Shown here in pieces: positions 11,412 to 22,439 of a DNA stretch of 32,000 nucleotides (position 1 is the first letter of the stretch; every line of letters starts with the position of its first letter). Both the position numbers and the translations under genes were made by a program. The notes beneath the pieces were generated by a model. That model searched no databases and was not told the origin of the DNA. It saw nothing but the letters and a program-made list of their open reading frames with translations. Source of the stretch: Candidatus Saccharimonadota bacterium (GTDB lineage: Bacteria > Patescibacteriota > Gracilibacteria > BD1-5 > UBA2023); the NCBI GenBank assembly GCA_042852035.1, contig BAAFHK010000001.1:690001-722000 (forward strand). The letters run 5' to 3'.

Positions 11412-11507
11412 ATGTCATTAATTCTTATCCCATCTGTGGTGGTCACACAATAGGGAGAGGAATATGTTTTTTCATGACAGATCCTCTCCGCTTTTGGAGA
11501 GGTTTTT
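11412..11507 (+). promoter_or_regulatory. Candidate leader-peptide transcription attenuator upstream of valS
   Basis: A mini-ORF at 11412-11453 encodes MSLILIPSVVVTQ*, with three consecutive Val codons at 11436-11444. It is extendable in frame to ATG 11355. The core GGAGAGG occurs twice (11454-11460 and 11496-11502), and both copies are complementary to CCTCTCC (11483-11489). The second pairing is followed by TTTTT. Confidence 0.4.
11483..11507 (+). terminator. Rho-independent terminator-like hairpin (7-bp stem, 6-nt loop, U5)
   Basis: CCTCTCC-GCTTTT-GGAGAGG-TTTTT, located 57 nt upstream of the valS ATG. Confidence 0.55.
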
Positions 11508-11563
11508 CGTAGAGAAAACACCTCATGTATTTCTTCTTTTTTTAAAATTTTAACTCACAAACC

Positions 11564-14221
11564 ATGTCAGACTTTCCGAAGCAATATGACCCAAAAATAT
11601 GTGAATGATACATCCAGTCAATCTGGAAAGAAAAGAACATAGGCTCACCTCTTTCTTCGAAAACTTGAGAAACATTTTACATACCAATTCCTCCTCCAAA
11701 TGTCACTGGAAATCTCCATCTCTGACATGCACTCACTCTGACTCTTGAGGATATCATGTCAAGATATCATAGACTTAAATGAGATGCAACGCTCTGGGTT
11801 CCAGGAACAGATCATGCGGGTATTGCGACACAAGCTCAGGTAGAAAAACGCCTCGAAAGACAAGGCTCCTCAAGAAAATCTCTTTGAAGAGAAAAGTTTC
11901 TTGAAGCCTGTCGTGATTGGGTAAAGGAATATGGATGAAATATTCAAAAACAAATGTCTCTCATGGGGGCTTCAGTTTCATGGGAACATGAGCGATATAC
12001 TTTCGATGAAAAATCAAACCATCTTGTAGAAGATGTTTTTGTAGAACTTTATAAAAGATGACTCATATACCGCGGTGAGTATATGGTAAATTATTCACCT
12101 GTACTTGAATCTGTAATTTCAGATATTGAAGTTGAGTACCAAGAGCTCGATGAGAAAATGTACTATGTAAACTATTTTGTTTCAGGATCGGATAAGGAAA
12201 TAATGGTAGCAACTACTCGTCCTGAGACAATGCTTGCGGATCAGGCAATTGCTGTCCACCCAAAAGATAAACGATATAAAAAACTCATTGGTAGATCTGT
12301 TGTTCTTCCAATAGTAAATAAAGAAATCCCAATTATTGCTGATGATATGGTAGATATGGAGTTCTGAACTGGGGCAGTAAAAATAACCCCCGCTCACGAC
12401 CCAAGTGATTTTGAGTTTGCAAAAAGACACAACTTGCGAACAAACTATAGAGTTATAGATAAGAATGGCTTTATGACAAAGGAAGCTGGAACATTTGCTT
12501 GATTAAAATGAATTGAAGAGGCTCGATCGAATATTGTTGAACTTCTTCGTGCAAAAGGAAATCTCGTACGGGTAGAACCATATAAACACAAAGTGGGATT
12601 TTGCAGTCGAGGAAAATGTCGTATTGAATCTGTTGTTTCTACTCAGTGGTTTGTGAAGGCTGATTTAATGGCTAAAAAAGTTATAGAATGATATGAGAAA
12701 AAGGAATTCACAATTATTCCTTCAAGGTATGAAAAGGTATTTGAAGATTGGATATATAATCTAAGAGATTGGTGTATATCTCGGCAACTTTGGTGGTGAC
12801 ACCAGATACCTGCCTACTATCATAAAGAATCATGAGAATTACTCTGAGTAACGAGAGATCCTACCCAGCTTGAGGAAAAATACGGCAAAGAAAATCTTGT
12901 TAGAGATTCTGATGTTCTTGATACCTGGTTTTCAAGTGGACTCTGGCCATTTTCTATACTTGATTGGAATTTTGAAAATCCTGGTGAACTTTTTAAGAAA
13001 TTTTATCCTGCAAATGTTCTCGAGACATGACATGATATTTTATTCTTCTGGGTTATACGGATGTTACTCATGGGATATGAGCTTACTGGGCAAACCCCAT
13101 TTAAAACTATCTATCTTCACGGCCTTATTCTCGATGAAAATGGTAAAAAAATGAGTAAAAGTTGGGGGAATGTTATAGATCCAATCGAGGTAATACAAGA
13201 ATATTCTGCTGATGCTCTCAGGCTTGCAACAGTACTCGGAAATACTCCAGGGAATAATCTTAATTTCTCAAAAAATACCGTAGCTGAATATGGACTCTTT
13301 CTGAACAAATTATGGAATATTGTAAGATTCACCTGGATGAATGTTTGAGACATATCAAAAAATAGATCTGAAATAGAAAAAGAAATACTTAAAAACAAAG
13401 ATGAGCTTCTCCCTTATGAGTCATGGATTCTTTCCCGTCTTGCAAAGCAAATAAGTCGTATGACGGAAGGTATGGAAGATTACTCATTTTCACTCTCCTG
13501 ATCAGAGCTCCTCTCCTTTATTCGTGATGAATTTGCTGATTTTGCTATTGAAGCCTATAAAATCGAAAAGGATCACAGTAAAGTTTGATCGTTGGTTATG
13601 CAGCTCTGTATTCTTGATATACTTACCCTCCTTCATCCGTATGCACCTCATATTACGGAAATGCTTTACGGACAGATTACGGGTGGAAAGATTCTAGCAA
13701 CATCTGAATGGCCAAAAACACTCCTCAAAAGTGACGAAGAAAGCGAGTCGTCAATGACAAGAATCTGGAATGTTATACGTACCCTAAGAAATCTCAGAGC
13801 TGAATCAAGCATCAAACCTGGTGAATACAGAAAAGCATATCTTTCTTGTCCGAAAATTTATCTTACCTCTTTAGAATCCAACATTAATCTTATCGAAGGC
13901 CTTGCAAGAATTCAAGATCTTGAGATAACTCTTTCCCAAGTGAAACACCCAGGATTCTCGTATGGAGTGGTAGATGGAATAGATATCTATTTTGATGCAT
14001 CTATTGATGCTGAGAAAATTCTCGAAGAAAGAAGTCGTCTCGAGAAAGAAATCCAAACGAAAAAGACGTACATAAGAAGTATGCAGACGAAATTAAAAAA
14101 TAACGCCTTTATCTCAAATGCACCTGAAAAAGTTGTAAGAGCAGAGATGGAAAAACTTCATATTGCTGAAACCGAGTTGAAGAAATTCGAAGAAAAACTC
14201 ACACAGCTTGAAGAGGTATAG
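11564..14221 (+). CDS. valS: Valine--tRNA ligase
   Basis: A single 885-aa frame when the 18 in-frame TGA codons are read as Gly. Signatures: [15 protein letters not shown] (HIGH), [56 protein letters not shown] (KMSKS), and a C-terminal coiled coil. It joins track ORFs 12083..12367, 13061..13348 and 13592..14221. Confidence 0.97.
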
Positions 14222-14229
14222 AAAAAATT

Positions 14230-14256
14230 AAAACTCATTAATTGGTAATGAGTTTT
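14230..14256. terminator. Bidirectional rho-independent terminator between convergent valS and the M23 gene
   Basis: An 11-bp stem (AAAACTCATTA / TAATGAGTTTT) with loop ATTGG, flanked by an A-run on the 5' side and a T-run on the 3' side, so it reads as a terminator on both strands. Confidence 0.7.
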
Positions 14257-14279
14257 TTTAATGCTCCTGAAACAGCAAT

Positions 14280-16268
14280 CTATTTATCTATATCCAGACG
14301 GAATTTATAATTATCTTCTACAAATTTTCATTTTAATGCCGAAAGACATCGGATGATATTATTGTGCCAATTTGCATTACTCGAAGCATATATATAGCCG
14401 CTTGAATTCCCCCAACGAGAAAGCTCACTTACGGAATCATACGATCAAAGAAATTTATTATTAAAGGTTGAGGCCATCCAATAAATTCATTCTCGTGGGC
14501 TCTCAAATGAAACAACATCTCAACCATCTGTATTTCATACGTTTCCGATATTGTTTCGAGTCTTCAAGTAATTTCAGAGAGTGGTTTCTGCAAGTCATAC
14601 ACACATAAGGAAACTCGGATCGATTTTTGATTCAAGAGAAATATCCACCCAAGTATCCCAATTCTTAAAGTCAGAAGTAGCATAGGTGTTGAGGAGGTAT
14701 TTTTGTCTTTCCTCTTCCGTCTTTCATTCCATTCTAAACTTTCTCTCATAAGGCGAAAGATCTGCCTTTGATCAAACCCTTGCAACAATATCACTTATAA
14801 ACTTCTCTTGATATCGAGTAGGAAGACGAGAATAATCTAACTTGGAAATATCAAGAATTCTCAAAGGATCTATCGCCTCTCGATTTTTAAATACCTCATA
14901 ATGAAGGTGTGGACCTGTCGTCATAGGTCATGCTCCTGGGGTTCATGGAGTACCACCACTTTTAGCTATAACATCTCATTGCTCAACAAATTGGTAGGGC
15001 TTGACGAGCACTTCTGAAAGATGTCAGTAGACCGTAAAATATCCGTTCGGATGTTTTATTGCCATATAAGAATATCATCATGATACTGGTGGAAGTATAT
15101 AGTACACATATCATCAAAGACTCGCCTTAACTTGAGTTCCCTGCTCTGCTGGGATATCTATGGCATCATGCTGTGATCAAACCTCTCTATAGTAAGATGG
15201 ATCTCTAAAATAGGTCGTTATACCCGTCACTACATCGAGAGGCCATGTCAAAATATTTTCAGTTCAAGATGATACCTTTACATTCTTAAGAGCCTTTTCA
15301 TTACGATAAAAACTCAGAATATGTGCACATTTTTCAATTTCTTTTCATGTCTTCTTTTGTTTCTGGCAGCCATTTTTTTCAAGAATATTCTCAAGCGTTG
15401 CCGTGTATGCATTCGTAGCATCTTTCCATGATTCCTCTAGGGTCTTTTGCATATTTACCTGAGATTCTATATATTTTCCCAGGAGTTCTTCTCTCCCTTG
15501 TGTTGCAAGAAGAAGTTGCTCCCTAAAGCTTCTTTGTGTAATGAGATTTGTTTTTTGTTTTTCAAGCTTTTCGTTATCAATATCAAGTAGAGCAATTTCG
15601 TCATTCATTCTGATTTGAATTTTATAGTAGCTTTTTATGAGCTCTCTATAATCATCGATAAATTTCTGTCCAAGTGAACTTACAAGTGACTTATAGGTAA
15701 TATCCTGCGCAACATTATCAATATTCTCATCTGAAAGTATAAGCGATCGAAATACATCTACTTCATTTTTCTCATCAAAAATTAAATTTCCCTCCGCATA
15801 AACATTAGCTATATAAGAAAGCATTATCGAGCGGTTCTTCTTAATTTTTACTGACAATTCAATCGAAAGGTTCTTTAATTCATTAATGTCTTTCTTTTTT
15901 TCCTCTATTTGTCCTTCAATTTTTCTGATTTCAGATGATGTATCCGAAATATTTTCTTCTATATTTGCTATGAGACTCACAAGAGAATCTTTTTGGAGAG
16001 AAACTTCTGATTTCTTTTGTTCATATGTTTTTATAACTTGAGAAAGCCTATTTCTTAATCCTTCAATTCAAGAAATGAGATATTCCTTTTCATAAATATC
16101 ATTAGCTCAAGACTGATCAAACAATGAGTTTTCAAAAAGGATTTCGTACTCTTCTTTTTTAAAAGAATCAAGGATTCGTCCCGATGTAGCTGGATCAATA
16201 CTCAAGGCAATCAATGGCGACACTGATATAAGCAAGATACTTGAGAGGAATATTGTGGAATAGCGCAT
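14280..16268 (-). CDS. Secreted peptidoglycan hydrolase: N-terminal coiled coil, M23/LytM metallopeptidase domain, and a C-terminal glucosaminidase (FlgJ/LytD)-like domain
   Basis: ATG 16268 to TAG 14282..14280 (662 aa, TGA=Gly). Signal-like N-terminus MRYSTIFLSSILLISVSPLIALS. M23 motifs: HDAIDIPAEQGTQVKASLGGYV...YMAIKHPNGYFTVYGHLS...[29 protein letters not shown]. C-terminus: IDPSFLMCVGLAETTLGNYLKTRNNIGNVG (tentative). Track ORF 15345..15980(-) is in frame. Track ORF 14564..14794(-) is off-frame. Confidence 0.85.
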
Positions 16269-16452
16269 AATTTCATCATAACATATTCCCTCATGAAATA
16301 TTTCATTTCATTATACTATTTCTTATAAAAATATCTTGATTAAAGCTGTATTACTTGAGAAATATAAAAAATTGCTTGAAATTACTTTCTAATAAAGGTC
16401 CTCCAACCATAATTTTTGCGATAATACTCCGTCGTTGTATACAAGTTTTTAT

Positions 16453-16480
16453 TTGCATTAATCTGAAAGTTTTATACAAT
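16453..16480 (+). promoter_or_regulatory. Putative sigma70-type promoter (TTGCAT-16 nt-TACAAT) for the 16506 operon
   Basis: TTGCAT at 16453-16458 and TACAAT at 16475-16480. The ATG lies 25 nt downstream of the -10 box. Confidence 0.4.
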
Positions 16481-16505
16481 TCCCACTAACACATTAACTC
16501 AATTT

Positions 16506-16883
16506 ATGGCTCAAATTACTCAAAATGACTTCACTTTTACTCTTCTTGATGAAATTCAAGTTAAGTATCCTGAATTAGTTGATTTGATTCTCTGAAGCGA
16601 ATCGATTGATAATAATGAAAAACAGTATTGGTTCGATATTCTTCCATCTATGACAGATGAACAAGTGGATCGACTCTTTAATATTCTCATGACCGAAAGA
16701 AGACAACTTGAGGAGCTCAACATGAAGTATCAGGAAGAAATAAAAACACTAAACGAAAAACACCTTATTGAATGGCAAGCTCTACAAGCACAAAAGGCTC
16801 GAGATAAAGTAAAAAATGAGGAAAGCAAGGATAATTCTCAAGATGAAGCAAATACCGTTATCGAAATGCTCGATACACTCTAA
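16506..16883 (+). CDS. Small conserved hypothetical protein (125 aa), acidic coiled-coil C-terminus
   Basis: ATG 16506 to TAA 16883, with one in-frame TGA (LILGSESI). The motif SESIDNNEKQYWFDILPSMTDEQVDRLFNIL resembles a family I recall from other CPR genomes. This was not verified by any search. Confidence 0.7.
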
Positions 16884-16907
16884 AATACTTGCTAATTCTA
16901 TATTCTT

Positions 16908-18839
16908 GTGGAATCGATTCTCACAACAGACATAATACGATATGACCATCCAGGGAATTCAGGATCAATTAGGTCTCATATTCTCCATCCACAGAGCGAT
17001 ATTACCATAATATGCATTATATCAAGCCCAAAACAGAACGTAATGAGCGTGCTTGAAGATCATCTCCTTGAGTGCATAAGTTCTACGGAATGGAAATATA
17101 ATGATGAAGATACGGATTTTTCCTATGTAACAGAAAAATACAATCACTTTTTAACAAATCTTTCTCATGAAGATCTTGTTGAAATTGGTGTTATATTTGC
17201 TGTTGAAAGAAACTGACGCCTTATGGTATCAAGCATATGAGATGCTGAAGTGATTCTTCAAGAAAAAAGTGGAACACCCGTAAATATTCATGAAGATACA
17301 CGCTGACATCATGGTTTTGAGCTTATATCAAGTGGAGATATTCCTGTATATTGAACGGTTTTTGTTGTTTCACAAAATCTTGAAAATAAAGTATGAGATA
17401 CATTTTATTCTGATTGTGCCTTTACAGAAAGCTCGAAATTTATTGATACTGCACGGGAAGTTCTTGCAAGGGATATCGAAAGCACAACCCATATTGTTCG
17501 CATTAAGCATACTCCACTCAGCGAAGGAACATCATCAGGAATGAAGTCTCAGACAAGAAAAAACTGAGTTGCCTGAAGTTTTTTTCATTCTCTAAAAGAG
17601 AAGATTAGATCTATATTAAATACACTATTGTCTCATCCTCGATGGAGAAATTTCAAGGAAGACATTCTTATATTTTTTGATGAAAAGTATTCTATTATAC
17701 TCTCTGTATTTTTAATTCTATGAGTCATTCTATTTTTTGCACTCACCTCATATTTAGTAGGCGCACTTTTTAGAATCTCTGATGGAACAACAAAGGATGC
17801 GAAAAATCAAATTATTGAGGCAAAAACTCTTATTGAATCAAGTCAGAAGCTCACTACAAATCCAGTTCTATTTGATCAAACCATCAATAAGGCAGAATGA
17901 ATCCTTAATTGACTCGAATCAAAACAAGTTTATATCAAAGATATTCAAGACTTGAGAAATAAAATTGAAGCAATGAAAAAGGAAATCTATGATATTCAAT
18001 CAATTGACTTAACTGATCGAGCCTCAATTGTTCCATTTAATCCTGAGATTCTCACGCCAATAGGAATCTATGAAAAAGATAAGAAGCTCAATATAATTTG
18101 AAAGCAATGAACGATTCAAGACTATGCCATAGGCGATACTGGACTTCAAATAAAACAATATCCATCAGGTGAAACAATTAAGGACTACACCATACAGGAT
18201 GACGGAAATTTCTTTTTTCTTACCAATTCAAATAGAATTCTTGCATCTCGAAAAAGCGCTGAAATTAGCTATATAAATGTAACGTGACAAGAATGATGGG
18301 AAAACGCAGATGGAATTGCGACTTTTAATGGAAATCTCTACCTTTGGAATAAAAATGAGTGACAGATCTATAAACATCGTCCATGAATTAATGGATTTTC
18401 TCAAAAATCAAGCGTTCTCCCTTCCCCATCAGAAGGGATAATAGATATCGCCATTGATGGAGGGTTTTATCTTCTTAAAAATGATCAACGAATTATCCGC
18501 GCAATGGGATCAAATGGAAGTGCAACTGGGTTGGTTCTAAATAATCTCCCTTGAGGCTATACCATATGACAAAATAGCCAAAATACACGGATTGTGCTTT
18601 CATGAAATCTGAATTACATCTATATACTTGATAAAAATAAGGTTTGGATTTTTCTTCCTGATTCAAAAAGATTTCAGGATGTGCGATCATGGTCTTATAT
18701 AGCTCAAATTGAGTTTTGAAGCAAAGACAAAATTGTTGATATTGCTGTGCCTAGAGATTGACTCATGCACGTGCTCACAGAAAAAGCAGCTTACAGCATA
18801 GGATTTGAATTTGTTGATAATAACATAATTATTCACTAG
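16908..18839 (+). CDS. Bitopic membrane protein (643 aa): N-terminal PP2C/PPM-like domain (possibly degenerate), one TM helix, C-terminal repeat/propeller-like ectodomain
   Basis: GTG 16908 is the first start after TAA 16893. The frame is open to TAG 18837-18839 with TGA=Gly. N-terminal domain: GVIFAVERNGRLMVSSIGDAEVILQEKSG and ELISSGDIPVYGTVFVVSQNL (PP2C-like). TM helix: IILSVFLILGVILFFALTSYLVGALF. C-terminal half has recurring segments such as FFFLTNSNRIL, NGNLYLWNKNEGQIYKH, GGFYLLKNDQRII, YIYILDKNKVWIF. Confidence 0.7.
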
Positions 18840-18851
18840 TTATCTTAGTCT

Positions 18852-19457
18852 GTGTATACACTTAACGCCATTGTACTCTCAAAACAACTTATTCGAGATA
18901 ATCAGGTTCGCGTAATATTATTCACTGAAGACTATGGAAAAATTACCGCCTGGACAAAAAAGCCATACTCAATAAGCGACATATGATCTCTTACGGAAAT
19001 AGTTATTGAAAGAAAAAAGCAAGAAAATATTATTCACAGTATTACTCCACTACACACACCAAAGAATGAGTGATGGAATTATAAAACGACTCTCGAATAC
19101 CTTACACTCTTCCAACTTATAAGAGAAAGCCTTCCTGAATGAATGTCGCAAAAAGATATATTCCATGACATAAAAGAAATTATTAGCCACCTTTCTTCAA
19201 TCGATTTATATTTTCAAAGCAGCACAAATAAAACATTACAACTTTTCATACTTTCAAAAGCTCGCATCTTGAAGAGACAATGATTTTTACGCGAAGAGCT
19301 TTTTTTAAATTCAAAAGTTCTCTCAAACATATTTCAAAGACTCGATGTTGCAAGTATGAAAAGTATGATTAATTCAAGAGAAATACATTTACCAACACTA
19401 AAAGAAATTGAATACGCGATTTCTGAATGAATCCATACTTATAAAAATAGAATTTAA
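18852..19457 (+). CDS. recO: DNA repair protein RecO-like (201 aa, no zinc-finger cysteines)
   Basis: GTG 18852 (a TAG lies 3 nt upstream) to TAA 19455-19457. The N-terminal OB-fold pattern VYTLNAIVLSKQLIRDNQVRVILFTEDYGKITAWTKKP is typical of RecO. The C-terminal helical part is less diagnostic. Confidence 0.6.
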
Positions 19458-19468
19458 TCCCTTCTTTT

Positions 19469-20434
19469 ATGCTTAGCCTTTATATTGGAATTACTATCAT
19501 TGGACTTCTTTTCTGAAGTTTTGCAACTGTACTTGTTACCCGATGGCATACGCATGAAGAATGAATTTTATTTTGAAGGAGTAAATGCCCAAAATGTCAT
19601 CATACTCTTTCTTGGTTTGAACTTCTTCCTCTTATTTCATACATATTTCTTCTCTGAAAATGTAGAAAATGTTCCACAAAAATACCGCTTTTTTACCCGC
19701 TTGCTGAAATTATAATGGCTAGCATTTTTCTTATTCTAACAATATCTTACATAAGAATTGAATGATATTTTGTAGGCACCCAGTATGCTCTCTTACTGAT
19801 GCTATGATTCATTACTGGAGTTTATGTTCTTTCTGACATACGCTATATGGAAATACCTGATGAGATACTCGTACCCTGAATTTATTGATACCTTTTACTT
19901 CTTTGAATTGGTTATTACAATGACTCATTAGGTGGTATTTTTTTTGATGTATCAAGCTATATATGAGGTTACAAAGAGTTCATTTTTGATCATTTATTTG
20001 GAGCTTTTGTACTCTATACCTTTCTTTTTCTACAAATAATTATCCCAGCAACGATACAGTATGCCAAGAAAAAGAAATGGAGTGATGTTGGTTGAGTATT
20101 TCTTTCATATTTTACATTTCCCATCCTCCTCCTTTTTCCTCAAAAAGAGAGCACAAAGAATGATGATGAAACTTCGATTGAAACATGGGTGTGATGATGA
20201 GATTTAAGAGTTGCACTTTTTATATGAATAACCCTAGGGCTTGTCCATGGGATTTTTTCATTCTTTGTAGCCTATATCCTTTGAAGTTTTATTTGAATAA
20301 TCATTATTCTATTCACCTGAAAAGTAAAGAGCCAAATCCCCTTCTGACCATTTCTTGCCTTCTGATGGTTAATGGCAATATACTTTCATTCCGATATATT
20401 ATCACTCCTTGAGGCATATAAAACACTACTATAA
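19469..20434 (+). CDS. pilD: Prepilin peptidase (A24 family, type IV leader peptidase/N-methyltransferase)
   Basis: 321 aa with TGA=Gly. Signatures: LLFGSFATVLVTRW; Cys cluster GRSKCPKCHHTLSWFELLPLISYIFLLGKCRKC; catalytic Asp motifs SDIRYMEIPDE and WVGGGDLRVALFIG (GGG encoded by TGA-TGA-TGA at 20192-20200); IPFGPFLAFGW. Track ORF 19485..19715 is off-frame. Confidence 0.9.
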
Positions 20435-20531
20435 ATAATATTGTCAATTCTTTTTTAGAGGAATAGTTCTCTTTTACTCGACAGATAAAGAAAGAGGGTT
20501 ATACTTCAATTCAAAATATAATATATACTGT

Positions 20532-21059
20532 ATGGATGAAAAAAATATAAAAACACTTCGAGACTTAATTCAGTCGGCTCAAATATCGATCAATTCAGCA
20601 AAAAAGATTCTCAATTCTCTATTGGGTGAGGATTATGAAGATGGATTTGAAACTTCAATGGAATGACTCTCAACTTATACTCAATGAGAAGATAAAGTTA
20701 TTGAATGAGTATTTACTGGAGAATCAATGCTTTGATCTGATGGAAATATTTATCCAGTACCCCAGAATTACGCCTCAAAATCACTTCTTGTACAAGGAAG
20801 TAAGCTGAAAGCAATTATTCAACCCTCTTGAAAAATTGTATATAAAATAATAGGAGAAATACCATTCGAAAGTAAAATAGGTATCGTAACAAAAAATGGA
20901 GAAAAATACCAAATCACTACTGACACTAAGACTTACAATGTACTCTTGGCGGCAGTAACATTTCACCATTGCAGCATTGGGGATACTGTAAGTATTCGCA
21001 TTCCAGAAGGAAAAGATGCCACTTATGCTGTTATAGAAGCTATAGTACCAAAGAAATAA
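20532..21059 (+). CDS. Conserved hypothetical protein (175 aa)
   Basis: ATG 20532 to TAA 21057-21059 with several in-frame TGA codons. The core GSDGNIYPVPQNYASKSLLVQGSKLKAIIQPSGKIVYKIIG resembles a CPR-wide family of unknown function (from recollection only). Confidence 0.7.
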
Positions 21060-21070
21060 CTATTTAATTT

Positions 21071-22432
21071 ATGAGAAATCATTCTTCTTTACGCAAACAA
21101 ACTGAGTCAATCCCTTGGAAATGGGTATGAGTTATAATTATTATTTTTATCATTCTTACTTTTCTTCGAGGCATCTGATCAGGTAAGGATGATGATATGG
21201 GAAAGTGAATTCTCGTTGGCTGATCTGGAACTTTTGTTGCAACAAATAAAAATAATGAAAAACGTGATGTATGAGCAGGAGAAAAATTTTATGAAACTGA
21301 CGAGCTTTTTTCTGTAATATCAGGAATGGCGGAACTCAATGATTGAGGTTCGAAGATTTGGCTCGATAAGAACTCTGATTTTTCCCATACAGAGAATGGA
21401 TCATGATACCTCTTATCTCAAGGAAGAATGTGGGTAGAAGCAAGTAATGATATCTTTTTCTCGTTAAAACATATCGACATAAAACTTTCAGAGTGAGATA
21501 TCGCCCTTTTTGAGCAGCAAAGAATATACAGTATAGTATATGTGATTCGCTGAGAGGCAACTGTCTTATGAGGATCAAGAGAGGCTGCATTAAAGGGGTG
21601 AAAAAGGATTATGGTATCCCAATCAAATCTCATTAATCCTTGAGTTACTCTAGAGAGTCTTATTGGTGATATTGATGAATCAATTCAACAAAATGCATTC
21701 TTTCTTGCCCGAAATGGAAAAGATCTCCTTGAAAAACAAAAATCAAATGAATCAAAGGAATGATCTTGAACAATAAATAGTATTTCATGATCATGAAATA
21801 CTCAATCCAATTCGAGTTTAAATAAACTCGTGACTATAAGTTCACCAATCGATGGCTCCTTCATTACTGGTGGAGTCCTCATCGTAGAATGAAAATCACT
21901 TTCAGCACAGGTAAAAAAGATAATTATACAAGACCAACCAATTCAACTCATAGAATCACCCTGATCATTTCGATCTTCTCCAATTTCTATAAATACTTCA
22001 ACGGTCGACTTAGTATATAAGGCTTATGATGCTTGAAACAACCTTCTGGAGAGATGAGTTATCACTGTTTACTCCTCAGATAAACAATCTGGATCAGAAA
22101 AGCTGGTACCAAAAACATTTCCAACGAATGATAAGGATTTTCGCGTTATTAGCCCAAATGAAAACCCTTATAAGACAAATCTTTCAGCCATAACAGTCTC
22201 TTGAACTGTTCCAAAATGACAAGTTGAATACATTACGGTAAATAATTTTCGACTTAAAAAATTTATTGCAAAAAGCACAACTTGGTACTACTACGCAAAT
22301 ACAGAATATCAGACAATGAAAGAAGGATTTAATCTCTATGAAATTCGATTTTACGGACCAAATGATGCTCTCCTCTCAACACAACTCTTTACTATAATAA
22401 AAGAAGGTTGAGTCACCCTTTCCTGAGAATAA
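21071..22432 (+). CDS. Membrane-anchored protein (453 aa) with a FecR-like domain and C-terminal Ig-like domains
   Basis: ATG 21071 to TAA 22430-22432 (TGA=Gly). TM helix: WKWVGVIIIIFIILTFL. FecR-like stretch: GILVGGSGTFVATNKNNEKRDVGAGEKFYETDELFSVISGMAELNDGGSKIWLDKNSDF. Two beta-rich segments (VTISSPIDGSFITGGVLIVEGKS...; FRVISPNENPYKTNLSAITVSGTVPKG...). Domain labels are tentative. Confidence 0.6.
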
Positions 22433-22439
22433 CATTTAC

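Noticed and set aside
11431-11507. A T-box riboswitch upstream of valS. UGGUGGUC (11437-11444) resembles the T-box core GGUGGUAC and contains UGGU, which could pair with an ACCA tRNA end. A 7-nt GGUGGUC bulge flanked by AUCUGU/ACAGAU pairing can be drawn, and a terminator follows.
   Set aside because: I found no Stem I elements (K-turn, specifier loop with a GUN codon, distal AGAGA/AGUA loops) in the ~80 nt available upstream. That region is A/T-rich and unstructured. The match to the 14-nt T-box consensus is partial, no convincing A2 helix forms, and the same nucleotides are explained as three Val codons of a short ORF. I keep it as the alternative hypothesis to the leader-peptide model.
16293-16306. 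A perfect 14-bp palindrome ATGAAATATTTCAT overlapping the predicted transcription start of the reverse-strand M23 gene (-10 TATAAT at 16315..16310), so a possible operator.
   Set aside because: A single occurrence in a very AT-rich divergent intergenic region. Such palindromes arise easily by chance, and there is no second half-site or neighbouring regulator gene to support it.
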